The translations under genes were made by a program, and so were the position numbers. 64,000 nt of DNA, taken from contig CAMYZQ010000001.1 of the NCBI GenBank assembly GCA_947303895.1, positions 5,779 to 69,778 of the forward strand. Direction: 5' to 3'. This DNA comes from an uncultured Bacillota bacterium (GTDB lineage: Bacteria > Bacillota_I > Bacilli_A > RF39 > UBA660). Under the pieces are notes generated by a model that searched no databases, had not been told where the DNA came from, and was given only the letters and a program-made list of their open reading frames with translations. Position 1 is the stretch's first letter; each line of letters starts with the position of its first letter. Below are positions 1 to 9,327 of this stretch, one piece after another.

Positions 1-6
1 AACATT

Positions 7-207
7 ATGAACTATATAGACTATGCTGCTCGTAATTATAATGATTATATGAGAAAAGTTGAATATGCTCTAAATGCTGGTTATTCTGAGGATTATAAAG
101 CTGCAGAGCTTGGCAGGATTGTTAGTAGAATAAAAAATGATGACTACATTAAACAGGTAGACAATTTAGGTTCACAAGTATTCTTATCAGAAATAGATTG
201 GGATTAA
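7..207 (+). CDS. hypothetical protein (66 aa)
   Basis: ORF with ATG start at window edge; the upstream context is outside the window; no recognisable motif. Confidence 0.35.
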   Translation: MNYIDYAARNYNDYMRKVEYALNAGYSEDYKAAELGRIVSRIKNDDYIKQVDNLGSQVFLSEIDWD

Positions 208-211
208 ACTA

Positions 212-541
212 ATGATAACAGTAACACAATTAAATGAATCTTTAAATAGATTATATGAAGAAAGAGTGTTCAATTATTTACAGCCTGATTTTGATATTAA
301 TAATGTAGAAGATGAATTAATTAAAAGATATGATTCATTAGAATATTTACTTAATAATAAGTATGATGTAGAAGATCATTATATTCATAGATTTAATTTT
401 GATTTAGCTATGATAAAAAAGATGCTTAAAGAAGACATTGAAAACTTAGATTTCACTGATGATGAAGCAGTAAAATCTTTCTTTGATGATTTAGATAGTC
501 GAATACATCATGCTGAAGGTTATATTGGATTACCGGGATAG
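212..541 (+). CDS. hypothetical protein (109 aa)
   Basis: Compact ORF with a 4-nt spacing to the previous gene; acidic; no motif. Confidence 0.4.
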   Translation: MITVTQLNESLNRLYEERVFNYLQPDFDINNVEDELIKRYDSLEYLLNNKYDVEDHYIHRFNFDLAMIKKMLKEDIENLDFTDDEAVKSFFDDLDSRIHHAEGYIGLPG

Positions 542-547
542 ATAATA

Positions 548-805
548 ATGAAATTAAATGAAATGATAGAAAGCATAAACAAGAAATATCTTGTAGAAGA
601 CTATAGTAGTAATGAAGCTGAACTTGAGCAATTTATGTTTGATACATTATCAAATGCATTAGATAATATTGCTATGGAAGCTGCAAGTAAATTTTCTTGG
701 TATAATCCTGAGTGGTGTGACGAAGATGGCTTTGAGTATTTTGAAACTCTTAAAAAAGCTTCTAAAGAGTTCACAAAAGGTTTATTAAAGAATTATTATA
801 TTTAA
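548..805 (+). CDS. hypothetical protein (85 aa)
   Basis: ORF in an operon-like array; no motif. Confidence 0.4.
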   Translation: MKLNEMIESINKKYLVEDYSSNEAELEQFMFDTLSNALDNIAMEAASKFSWYNPEWCDEDGFEYFETLKKASKEFTKGLLKNYYI

Positions 806-818
806 AAGGAAATAATTA

Positions 819-1322
819 ATGTTAGTATATGAAAAGAAAGTAGATAATACTAGACACCTTTTTGGTACAATGGGAACTATTCCTAGTGCTGGGGATAGTC
901 AGTTATCATATGTAGATAATAATGATGATCCAGTTACTGTTTCACTTTCTGGTTCTTACTTTGATGATGGTCATGGTGGAATTAAGGATGCTGATGGAAC
1001 ATCAATTAATGTTATGTTAGGTGATGTAGTTATTATTCCTAAGGGTGGAGAAGCTCCATTAAGTAATAAGTGTGAGATTACATCATTCAAGATTAGTGAT
1101 GCTACAGGTACTATTACTAATACAGCTATTGCCGTTACAGTCCCTAAAGATACAGATGTAACTTCATTAACTCCGACAATCGTTGTAAGTGAGGGAGCTA
1201 CAGTTTCTCCAGCTAGTGGAACAGCAAAAGATTTTACAAATGCAGTAACATACACAGTAACTGCAGAAAATGGTACTTCAACTAAAGCTTATACAGTTAC
1301 AGTTACTGTAGCTGCTGAATAA
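819..1322 (+). CDS. Ig-like (Big_2-type) domain protein, possible capsid/neck decoration or fibre protein
   Basis: The C-terminal ~80 aa (TGTITNTAIAVTVPKDTDVTSLTPTIVVSEGATVSPASGTAKDFTNAVTYTVTAENGTSTKAYTVTVTV) has the T/V/S-rich beta-sandwich pattern typical of bacterial Ig-like domains. Confidence 0.5.
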   Translation: MLVYEKKVDNTRHLFGTMGTIPSAGDSQLSYVDNNDDPVTVSLSGSYFDDGHGGIKDADGTSINVMLGDVVIIPKGGEAPLSNKCEITSFKISDATGTITNTAIAVTVPKDTDVTSLTPTIVVSEGATVSPASGTAKDFTNAVTYTVTAENGTSTKAYTVTVTVAAE

Positions 1323-1337
1323 TTTATAAAAAAGTAG

Positions 1338-2078
1338 GTGGAAATGACTAGTTTACAAGATGTAAGAGATGAAATTAAATTAAAATTAACTGGTGACCTA
1401 CTTGAATTCGAATTAGAAGATGAAACAATAGATAAAGTAATCGCAAGTGCTATAAGAGAATTGCAGAGGTATATAACAACTACAAGATTAATTACTATAC
1501 CATTTAAGCAGTGTATTGATTTATCAGACCCTGATTGTACAAATGGTGAGGAATTGAATGTAAATTATGTAGTTATGATATATAGAACAGATGAGCTTGG
1601 TGGTAATACAACTTCTAGTTCTTCATATGATCCTATGCAAGTAGCTCAATGGCAAATGTTATCAGGTATGGGAAATTTAAAATATTTCCAAGATGCAGTA
1701 TATAACTATTCCGCATGGACAACTTTACAACAAATTAGAAATACTACATCAACAGATTTAGCATTTAAGTTTGATAAAGTTACTAAAAAGTTGTATATTA
1801 ATACATCTACGGGTACACCTGATTACATAACTATCGAATATATACCAGTAATTAAAGATGTTGAAGAGATACAGTCTGAATACTGGGAAGATATTCTTGT
1901 GAGACTTTCTTTAGCCTTAACAAAAGTAACTATAGGTAGAATAAGATCTAGATATACTCAAAGTAATGCTTTGTGGCAAGGTGATGGAGAAACAATTCTT
2001 CAAGAAGGTCAAGAAGAACTTAAAGAATTAAGGGAAGCTCTAGTAAATAATTCAGAGCTTTATTTTCCTATAGATTAG
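1338..2078 (+). CDS. hypothetical structural protein (246 aa)
   Basis: ORF in the structural module; no motif. Confidence 0.4.
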   Translation: MEMTSLQDVRDEIKLKLTGDLLEFELEDETIDKVIASAIRELQRYITTTRLITIPFKQCIDLSDPDCTNGEELNVNYVVMIYRTDELGGNTTSSSSYDPMQVAQWQMLSGMGNLKYFQDAVYNYSAWTTLQQIRNTTSTDLAFKFDKVTKKLYINTSTGTPDYITIEYIPVIKDVEEIQSEYWEDILVRLSLALTKVTIGRIRSRYTQSNALWQGDGETILQEGQEELKELREALVNNSELYFPID

Positions 2079-2104
2079 TAAAAGTTTAACAAGGAGAATA
2101 TTAA

Positions 2105-3418
2105 ATGAGTAATTACATTACAGAGGCATTCAAGCAATTAAATCTCCTGGAATCAGAGGATATTTCTCTTGATGCTTCTGGAATAACTGAATTAAGATCA
2201 TTTTTAGATGATGCTGCAGTAGATCCAGATGAAGAAATGATGTATATCTATGATCTTAAAGCAGAAGCAGAAGAAGATTTAGCAAAATCCTATGAGGGTA
2301 AAGTAGTTCTTGAATGTACAGTATGCCATAGTCATATCTTTGAGGATAAAGAAAATATTTCTATGGACGAAGAAGGTGAAGCTTGCAAGGATATTGAGTG
2401 TCCATATTGTATGTCAAATGAAGGATATTTTATTCTTGGTGAGATAGCCCCATTTAATCAGGAAAAAGCTGATTCTTTCGAGGAAGAAGAAACAGAAGAA
2501 GAAGTTGATCTTCCAGATGTAGATATTGAAGATGCAGCTGAAGAAGTAGAAGAAGATGACTTAGAAGAATCATTAACAGAAGATATGAAGCTTGATGGTG
2601 TTGAAGAGCTTTACGATAATGATGAAATTCGTGGAGTAGAAGAACTTGAAGGTGTAGATGAACTTGAAGGTGTAGAAGAACTTCACGGAGATAAACACGA
2701 AGATCCTATTAATGAGGCTTGTGATAAAGAATCTATTAAAGAGGGTTGTGATAAAGAATTAAAAGAAGACATTGAAGATGTTTCTGTAACTACTGAGGAC
2801 GAAACAATGACAATGACTACCAAAGAAGATGGTGGAGTTGTTATTGAAACTATGCCTAAAGAAGAAGAATTTGAAGCTGAATCTGATGAAGAAATGATAG
2901 TTCCTATTTCTGATGAATCTTCTGAAGTAATTGATGCTTCCGTTGATGCTCTTGATTCTGAAGATGAAGAAGATTTTGAAGCTCTTAAAGATGAAATGGA
3001 AGAAGCTGAAGATGAGGCTGCTGAAGAAGAACCATTAGAAGATACAGAAGAAGAATTTGATGAATTCGATGAAGAATCATTTGATGGTCTTGGTGAGTCT
3101 TATCTAAGAAGCTGCTATGAAAATGTTACCAATTTTAAAACATCAAGTATAGCGTCTCAAGGTAATAAATTATTTATCGAAGGTATCATAGAGTTTGATT
3201 CTGGTAATGAAAAGAAAACAAACTTTGTTTTTGAATCAATCGGAAATAACAAATTTGAAGGCTACAATGAGCAGATTAGCAGGGGTAAGAAAACATTTAA
3301 GCTTTCTGGCTCTGTAAAAGATAATAAACTTGTATGTGAATCATTAAACTACAACTATAGAAGTAAAAATGAGCTTAATGAGTCTGTGAGAGTTTATGGT
3401 ACTGTAAAAAGGAAATAA
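2105..3418 (+). CDS. highly acidic protein with an N-terminal Cys4 zinc ribbon and a basic C-terminal domain (scaffold / internal head protein / DNA-mimic candidate)
   Basis: CTVCHSH...CPYCM zinc-ribbon motif; a ~230-aa stretch dominated by E/D with short repeats (GVEELEGVDELEGVEELHG; CDKESIKEGCDKELKED); a non-acidic ~110-aa C-terminus; SD AAGGAGAA upstream. Confidence 0.5.
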   Translation: MSNYITEAFKQLNLLESEDISLDASGITELRSFLDDAAVDPDEEMMYIYDLKAEAEEDLAKSYEGKVVLECTVCHSHIFEDKENISMDEEGEACKDIECPYCMSNEGYFILGEIAPFNQEKADSFEEEETEEEVDLPDVDIEDAAEEVEEDDLEESLTEDMKLDGVEELYDNDEIRGVEELEGVDELEGVEELHGDKHEDPINEACDKESIKEGCDKELKEDIEDVSVTTEDETMTMTTKEDGGVVIETMPKEEEFEAESDEEMIVPISDESSEVIDASVDALDSEDEEDFEALKDEMEEAEDEAAEEEPLEDTEEEFDEFDEESFDGLGESYLRSCYENVTNFKTSSIASQGNKLFIEGIIEFDSGNEKKTNFVFESIGNNKFEGYNEQISRGKKTFKLSGSVKDNKLVCESLNYNYRSKNELNESVRVYGTVKRK

Positions 3419-3421
3419 TTT

Positions 3422-4321
3422 ATGGCTATAAAGTTCGATGAACTATTAGAAGCTCTTGATCCGTCATTAGATAAATTTGAAGAAGATTTAGATAATATGT
3501 GGATTATTATACCAACTGAAAGAAGGTATGATGATTTAACTGCTGATGATTATTTCAAGTTTGCTAAAAAATATGGAACATTTAATAATCAAAAAGATTG
3601 TTTTGATAAAATTGAAGAATTAGCTCCTGATAGATGGGACGCTTTTATTCCTATGAAACTTGAAGGGATTAACGAATCTTTAAATGAATCTATGACTAAA
3701 GCAGAGCTGCAGACTAAAAAATATATTATATCATATTTAAATAGAGATTATCCTAAAGTAGCTTCTTCGTTAAATGATTTTGATTTTAAATTAACTGAGG
3801 ATCCTGATACAACAGGTTATATTGATTTAAATACAAAGCACGTTGTTTTAAATAGAAATTTATCTATGGATGATGCAATTAGGTGTATCTTAGATCCATT
3901 AAGAGAAAAAGAGTTTAAACAAGCTTTAAAAGACCCTGAATTTATTCAGCAAATGAGAGCTGAGAATAAAGAAATTGAAAAGCTTTTACGCGAAAAAGAT
4001 GAATCATTAAATGAATCTAAACTTAATGAGATTTTATCAGAAAGTAAATTTAAAGATCCAATTAGATTTAAAATTTCTATAATAGAAGGTCCGGTACTTA
4101 AACAAGAAAGTGATAAATATGCTTTAACACCTTCTTATATTAAGAAAGCTATGTCTGGTAGATTTAATGATTTAACAAATATTTTTATTAAACCAGAAGT
4201 TTTGATAGATAATCAGGATGGTACAGGTGAGATTTGTTTTCCAGGTAGAGAAGATTTAATTGATATTATAAGAGATTATTTTAGTAAAAAATATAAATAT
4301 CATGAAATAGAGATTTTATAA
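3422..4321 (+). CDS. hypothetical protein (299 aa)
   Basis: ORF with the repeated NESLNES motif; no family recognised. Confidence 0.4.
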   Translation: MAIKFDELLEALDPSLDKFEEDLDNMWIIIPTERRYDDLTADDYFKFAKKYGTFNNQKDCFDKIEELAPDRWDAFIPMKLEGINESLNESMTKAELQTKKYIISYLNRDYPKVASSLNDFDFKLTEDPDTTGYIDLNTKHVVLNRNLSMDDAIRCILDPLREKEFKQALKDPEFIQQMRAENKEIEKLLREKDESLNESKLNEILSESKFKDPIRFKISIIEGPVLKQESDKYALTPSYIKKAMSGRFNDLTNIFIKPEVLIDNQDGTGEICFPGREDLIDIIRDYFSKKYKYHEIEIL

Positions 4322-4340
4322 AATATAGTAGGAGATAATA

Positions 4341-4925
4341 ATGGAAACTAATAATCAAAAATATGGTATCCTATTAACTCCTGATATAAGACAGCATAGG
4401 CAATATTTCAGAGAAATGTGTAAACTTATAGGTATAAGAGTTATTTATAGATCTCCAAAACCTGGTAGAAAATACACTACATATGCAGAAATAGATGCTA
4501 ATTATAATCCACCCTTATTAGTTGGTTGTATATTTGATGAACACCCATCACAACAAACTTTAAGAAAAATGGGTTGGATGTCTGAACTAGATGAAAATTC
4601 TTCTTTTATCCATGTAGATTATGATTTACCTAATTTACAACAAGGAAGTATGTTTATAGTCCCAAGTGGGCTTGATGATGGAAATGGGAGATTATTCAGG
4701 GTAGTCAAAATGGCTACAAGCATGGTTTATCCAGCTTCAATAACTTGTGAAATAGTTCCAGAATATACTAATGCATTTGATGAAGCTAACTATGGTCTTG
4801 ATGTAAATGCTTTAATAGCAAGTGATGATTTAAATGTATTTGAATCTGAAGAAGTGAGACCTATGACAAATTATACTCGTGATGAAAATGAAATTGAAGA
4901 AGCTTTTGCTTTGTCTTCAGGATAG
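4341..4925 (+). CDS. hypothetical protein (head-tail joining region)
   Basis: ORF upstream of the sheath gene; SD GGAG upstream. Confidence 0.4.
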   Translation: METNNQKYGILLTPDIRQHRQYFREMCKLIGIRVIYRSPKPGRKYTTYAEIDANYNPPLLVGCIFDEHPSQQTLRKMGWMSELDENSSFIHVDYDLPNLQQGSMFIVPSGLDDGNGRLFRVVKMATSMVYPASITCEIVPEYTNAFDEANYGLDVNALIASDDLNVFESEEVRPMTNYTRDENEIEEAFALSSG

Positions 4926-4933
4926 GATATTAA

Positions 4934-5563
4934 ATGTCTACATATTTATATGATGAAGCATTAGTAAGAAAATTTAAATCATGGACACATAATTCACAAA
5001 TAGAAATATTTGGTCCAAATGAAACATCAAGAGTATTTGAAACGATAGCTGATAAAACAGGTGATAAACCTATAAAATTGCCACTCATATATATTGAAAG
5101 AGATAGAGGTTTTAATATCATAAATGATGGTACAACAAGAAGACCTTTATCTTATGATGGTAAAGACATTAATGTAGGTAGTAGGCAATCTGAAATATTA
5201 AATGCTATTCCTATATCTATATCATATCAAGTAAATGTTTATACAAGATTTGCTAAGGAAGCAGATGTACTTATAAGAAACTTGATATTTAATGTTATTA
5301 ATTATCCAGCATTAGAAGTTGTGGTACCTAAAGTTGGTATTTACAACAAAGAAACTGAAGAGTATGATGAATTTAAACATACTGCTAGAATAGAGCTGGG
5401 TAATACAGAAATACAAGACAATTCAAATGAAAAAGAAAGATTTATAGAGGGTAACTACACAAAACTTTCTTTTTTAATACTCATAAATGATGCTTATTTA
5501 TGGGATTTAAGAGAACACCGCAACGCGGAAATTGAAATATTAATGGAAGACATTACAGATTAA
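4934..5563 (+). CDS. hypothetical protein (possible tail terminator or neck protein, by position only)
   Basis: ORF immediately upstream of the tail sheath gene. Confidence 0.35.
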   Translation: MSTYLYDEALVRKFKSWTHNSQIEIFGPNETSRVFETIADKTGDKPIKLPLIYIERDRGFNIINDGTTRRPLSYDGKDINVGSRQSEILNAIPISISYQVNVYTRFAKEADVLIRNLIFNVINYPALEVVVPKVGIYNKETEEYDEFKHTARIELGNTEIQDNSNEKERFIEGNYTKLSFLILINDAYLWDLREHRNAEIEILMEDITD

Positions 5564-5598
5564 TGAAACTTAAAAAGTTTAATTATGGAGAAATATAA

Positions 5599-7632
5599 AT
5601 GCAAAGAATTATTATAACAGAAGTTGACAATACTTCTAATGTTGAAGCACTTTCTTCATACGATGTAGTATATGTTCCAGGTTTTAGTAATAATGGGGCT
5701 TCACCTACATTTACAGATGGTGCTACTCTGTTTAGAACTCCAACTTTAGTTACTTCTAAGTATGAATTCTTAAGATTATTTGGTAATGGTGGTGTAGACG
5801 ATTGTCCTACATTCCCTACAGATCAGCCATATCCAATAGCTACAGCTTCTTCTTATGGATTCCCTTCATACGCTATTCCGGGTTATATACCACCTGCAAC
5901 ACCTTCAATAGTTGCTGGTGTTAATAACATTACATATGACGCTCCAATAGCTTCACAAAGCACAATTGATGCAGTTACAGCTACTGGTTTTTATACTAAT
6001 GTGCCTGTTGATAGCGCATGGCAACCTGTAGAGGGTGTTGTTTATTACTTAGCTACTGCTGCTGCAGCTGAAAGTACTGTAACTGTTACTATGGCAGCTT
6101 TACCAGAGTTAGAAAGCTATGAGAATTTATTAGTATTTACATCATCAACAGTCCCTTCGGATAATGGCTGGATGGTTAAATATGGAGATCAATATATTTA
6201 TACTGATGATATGTACATTGATTTCCAAGCTTCTGGTAGTGCTTTAGGTGAAGTTAAAGAATATTATATATCAACTGTTCAACAAGCACTTATGTTCCAA
6301 GGCCCAACTAGCACATCAGCTGGAGACCCAGATCCTGGATATAGATATGCTTTATACTTATTATCATTAGGTATTCCAGTATATTATGAGCAGATGAACT
6401 CTTCATTTGAGCCAGTTGATATGAATGATCCTGCCAATATAGCTGCTAGCCCAGTAGCTGAAGATTGGTTCATTGAAGTTGAGGGTAACTATGTAAGAAC
6501 AGATGATGAGACTGTTCAGTCAGGTACTACATACTATAAAGGTGCTGATATTTCAGTTACTTCTATGTATAAAGGCTTAGAGGCTAGATTTAATGGTTAT
6601 GATGAAGCTACTGCAGTGAATGGTTCAGACTATTCATTCGATTCAATGGGCGACTATGCTGTTAAATATATCACATCTGGTGGTTATCCAACATTTGAAT
6701 ATGGCCCATTAGCTGATCCTGATGCTTCAGGTAATGTTTATGGTACATCGCCATTAGCAGAACAGATGATTAGATTAGCTGCTACAAGAGAAGATGCAGT
6801 TGCACTTATTGATCATACTAATAATCCAAATAGATCTATTTATGCTACTGATACATATTCAGTAATAACTAGAGTTAGAGATGAATTTTCAAATATAACA
6901 ACTGAAACTGGTTCTTATGGAACTATGTTTACACCTTGGTATACTTGCACACACGCAGCTGTATCTGGTGGTTCAGCAAATAACTATGGTATCAATGAAA
7001 ATATTAGTCAAATGCCTGGCTCATTAGCATTCTTAAGTGCTTTAGCACAACAGTTAAAGAACTACAATCCATGGTTAGCTGTATCTGGTGTAAGTAGAGG
7101 TCCAGTTCCATATTGTGCAGGATTACATACTAATTTCACATTAACAAATAATGTTGCAGATTCGTATCAGATTATTCCTGGTGATGTTGAAAACTTAGGT
7201 TCCGCTTCAATATCAATTAACCCAATTACATACATTAGAAATTATGGCTATTGCATTTGGGGAAATAGAACATTAAGAAATAACTCTAATGGTACTAAAG
7301 CTACTTCATTCCTTAACATTAGAGACACAGTTTCTGACATTAAGAAGAGATTATATGAAGCTTCACAGAGCTTGTTATTCGAGCAAAATACAGATGTATT
7401 ATGGTTAAGCTTTAAGAATTTAGTTACACCATTATTAGAAACTATGGTATCTAACTATATTCTTTCAGACTATAGTATTGTAAAATATAATGTAGACCCT
7501 GAAACAGGACAAACTGTACCTTCATACAAGATTCTTGCAGCTATTAGAATTGTACCAATCAATTCAGTTGAGGTATTTGAACTTCAAGTTCAATTAGAGA
7601 ATAGTGAAGTAACTGTTGCAGAGGTAGAGTAA
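5599..7632 (+). CDS. contractile tail sheath protein
   Basis: C-terminal INPITYIRNYGYCIWGNRTLRNN...FLNIRDTVSDIKKRLYEASQSLLFEQNTDVLWLSFKNLVTPLLETMVSNYIL matches the conserved sheath C-terminal domain (VNPI..G..vWGaRTL.. / FepN..W); 677 aa; followed by a tube gene; SD GGAGAAA upstream. Confidence 0.85.
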   Translation: MQRIIITEVDNTSNVEALSSYDVVYVPGFSNNGASPTFTDGATLFRTPTLVTSKYEFLRLFGNGGVDDCPTFPTDQPYPIATASSYGFPSYAIPGYIPPATPSIVAGVNNITYDAPIASQSTIDAVTATGFYTNVPVDSAWQPVEGVVYYLATAAAAESTVTVTMAALPELESYENLLVFTSSTVPSDNGWMVKYGDQYIYTDDMYIDFQASGSALGEVKEYYISTVQQALMFQGPTSTSAGDPDPGYRYALYLLSLGIPVYYEQMNSSFEPVDMNDPANIAASPVAEDWFIEVEGNYVRTDDETVQSGTTYYKGADISVTSMYKGLEARFNGYDEATAVNGSDYSFDSMGDYAVKYITSGGYPTFEYGPLADPDASGNVYGTSPLAEQMIRLAATREDAVALIDHTNNPNRSIYATDTYSVITRVRDEFSNITTETGSYGTMFTPWYTCTHAAVSGGSANNYGINENISQMPGSLAFLSALAQQLKNYNPWLAVSGVSRGPVPYCAGLHTNFTLTNNVADSYQIIPGDVENLGSASISINPITYIRNYGYCIWGNRTLRNNSNGTKATSFLNIRDTVSDIKKRLYEASQSLLFEQNTDVLWLSFKNLVTPLLETMVSNYILSDYSIVKYNVDPETGQTVPSYKILAAIRIVPINSVEVFELQVQLENSEVTVAEVE

Positions 7633-7643
7633 GGAGATAACAA

Positions 7644-8231
7644 ATGGCACAACAAGCAAGAGCAACTAGTGTAGGTGCTTATCATTTCTCTGACAATAAG
7701 GAATTATTTGAAATTCAAAGAGGTAATAACTTTGATTTTGTTATCAGTGATGCTTTAAATAATATTGCTGCATATGGTAATGAAACAAAGACATTCCCAA
7801 GAGCTAAAGAAATGATTAGGCTTTCTGTTTCTTCAGCATCAGTTCCTCATTTCAGCCAAAATGCTATCGAGGTTAGAAGAGGAAACACTGCAGTTAAATA
7901 TGCTGGTGTACTTTCTTGGTCATCAGGTAGTCTTGAATGCTATGACTTCATAGGTGCAGAAACTAAAGATATTCTTATGGCTTGGCAGGCTAGATCTGGC
8001 AATCCAATGTATCAAACAGTTGGTCAGCAAGCTGATTATAAAGTTACTGCTAACTTAATAGAATATACTCCTGATTACAATCAGATTGTAAGAACTTGGA
8101 GATTAGATGGCTGCTGGATTTCTAGTATTGATGAAGATGCTTTTTCTGTAGATGCTAATGGTGCTCGTAAGATTAGATGCACTATCGAATATGATAGAGC
8201 AGTAGTTGATTCTTATAGCGAAACAGTTTAA
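7644..8231 (+). CDS. tail tube protein
   Basis: A 195-aa ORF directly downstream of the sheath (the canonical sheath-tube order), with SD GGAGATAA upstream; no strong motif. Confidence 0.6.
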   Translation: MAQQARATSVGAYHFSDNKELFEIQRGNNFDFVISDALNNIAAYGNETKTFPRAKEMIRLSVSSASVPHFSQNAIEVRRGNTAVKYAGVLSWSSGSLECYDFIGAETKDILMAWQARSGNPMYQTVGQQADYKVTANLIEYTPDYNQIVRTWRLDGCWISSIDEDAFSVDANGARKIRCTIEYDRAVVDSYSETV

Positions 8232-8242
8232 TAAAAATGTAA

Positions 8243-9136
8243 ATGGCTAGCTGGCTTAATTGCTGGCTAGCCACTTGGTATTTAATAATGTCAAAAAATA
8301 TCCTTTTAGAAGATAGACGAAGTGCATTATTATCACAGTCTAAGAAAGGTGCTGATTATGCACCTCAAAACCAATATTATGGTGCAAATAGATATAAAAG
8401 AAGATTAAGATCAAGTATTGCACCTTCTATAAAGCATTTTAACAATATGGATATGGATAAATTCTTCAAAAAAGACACACTAGATGTTAGTGTTGATATT
8501 AGAGGAGAAACAAATATCTATAAGGTTAGAATGTCTTTTGTTGGTGCTTTAGATGAATTACATAAAGAAATAGCTAAAAATAATATTGAACAGGTTGATA
8601 GAAAAATTATATTAAAAGCTTTAATGAATGCTTTTAATAGAGACGATGTGTATATAAACTGCTCCTGCCCTGATTTTAGATATAGATTTAAATATTGGGC
8701 AACAAGAAAAGGTTTATTGATTGGAGAACCTGAAAACAGACCTGCAGATATTACCAATCCGATTGATAATAAAGGTCCTGGTTGTAAACATATTATTTTA
8801 TGCTTAAGTGATTCTTCCTGGTTGATAAAAATTGCTTCTGTGATTTTTAATTATATTAATTATATGGAATCACATGATGAAAGATTATATCAAAGATATA
8901 TTTATCCGGCTATTTATGATAAAGAATATGATAATAGACAGTTAAGTATATTTGATGATGAGGAAGAAGTTCTTGATTCTGATGAAGAAACTATCGAAAC
9001 TTCAAATATTGAAGCTAGAAAGAAAGGTCAGTTCAAGAAGTGTAATGAATACAGATTTAGAAAAGATAATAACGATCAGATTACTTTTGATGATTTAGAA
9101 AATGAATTTGAAGAGGAAGAGTCTGATGAAATTTAG
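8243..9136 (+). CDS. SWIM-type zinc-finger protein with an acidic C-terminal tail
   Basis: CSCPDFRYRFKYWATRKG...GCKHIILC fits the SWIM CxCx(n)CxH signature; the C-terminus is rich in D/E; the true start may be the ATG at 8288. Confidence 0.45.
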   Translation: MASWLNCWLATWYLIMSKNILLEDRRSALLSQSKKGADYAPQNQYYGANRYKRRLRSSIAPSIKHFNNMDMDKFFKKDTLDVSVDIRGETNIYKVRMSFVGALDELHKEIAKNNIEQVDRKIILKALMNAFNRDDVYINCSCPDFRYRFKYWATRKGLLIGEPENRPADITNPIDNKGPGCKHIILCLSDSSWLIKIASVIFNYINYMESHDERLYQRYIYPAIYDKEYDNRQLSIFDDEEEVLDSDEETIETSNIEARKKGQFKKCNEYRFRKDNNDQITFDDLENEFEEEESDEI

Positions 9137-9261
9137 CACAAAATAATGCTAAATTATTATATATGGAATCTCAAAAGATAACTAATTATTGAATTTATTA
9201 AAGAAAACTAACTATTAATTGTAATATAAATATGTAAGATTCCGTTGAAATTAGAATTATA

Positions 9262-9303
9262 AGTCAACATAGGGTCTTTATCTTATGTTGACTTTATTTT
9301 TTT
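9262..9303 (+). terminator. rho-independent terminator after the sheath/tube/SWIM genes
   Basis: 9-bp stem agtcaacat (9262-9270) / atgttgact (9285-9293), a 14-nt loop, then ttatttttttaac. Confidence 0.55.
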
Positions 9304-9327
9304 AACATAACTAACAAAGGAGAAAAA

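Noticed and set aside
971-1255. Minus-strand ORFs from the six-frame track (971..1255, 4930..5121, 8518..8757, 9294..9821, 10785..10997, 19607..19894, 23744..24268, 42523..42798, 45768..46031, 51007..51288, 59698..60054, 61560..62279 and others)
   Set aside because: Each lies wholly inside a well-supported + strand gene. They have low-complexity compositions and lack SD sequences. The whole window is otherwise strictly co-directional. I treat them as antisense artefacts of AT-rich coding sequence.
2480-3100. Acidic repeat region as a possible tandem-repeat, VNTR or CRISPR-like array
   Set aside because: The repeats are short, imperfect and in-frame codon-level repeats (GVEELEGV..., CDKE...) inside a continuous ORF. 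There are no spacer/repeat periodicity and no leader.
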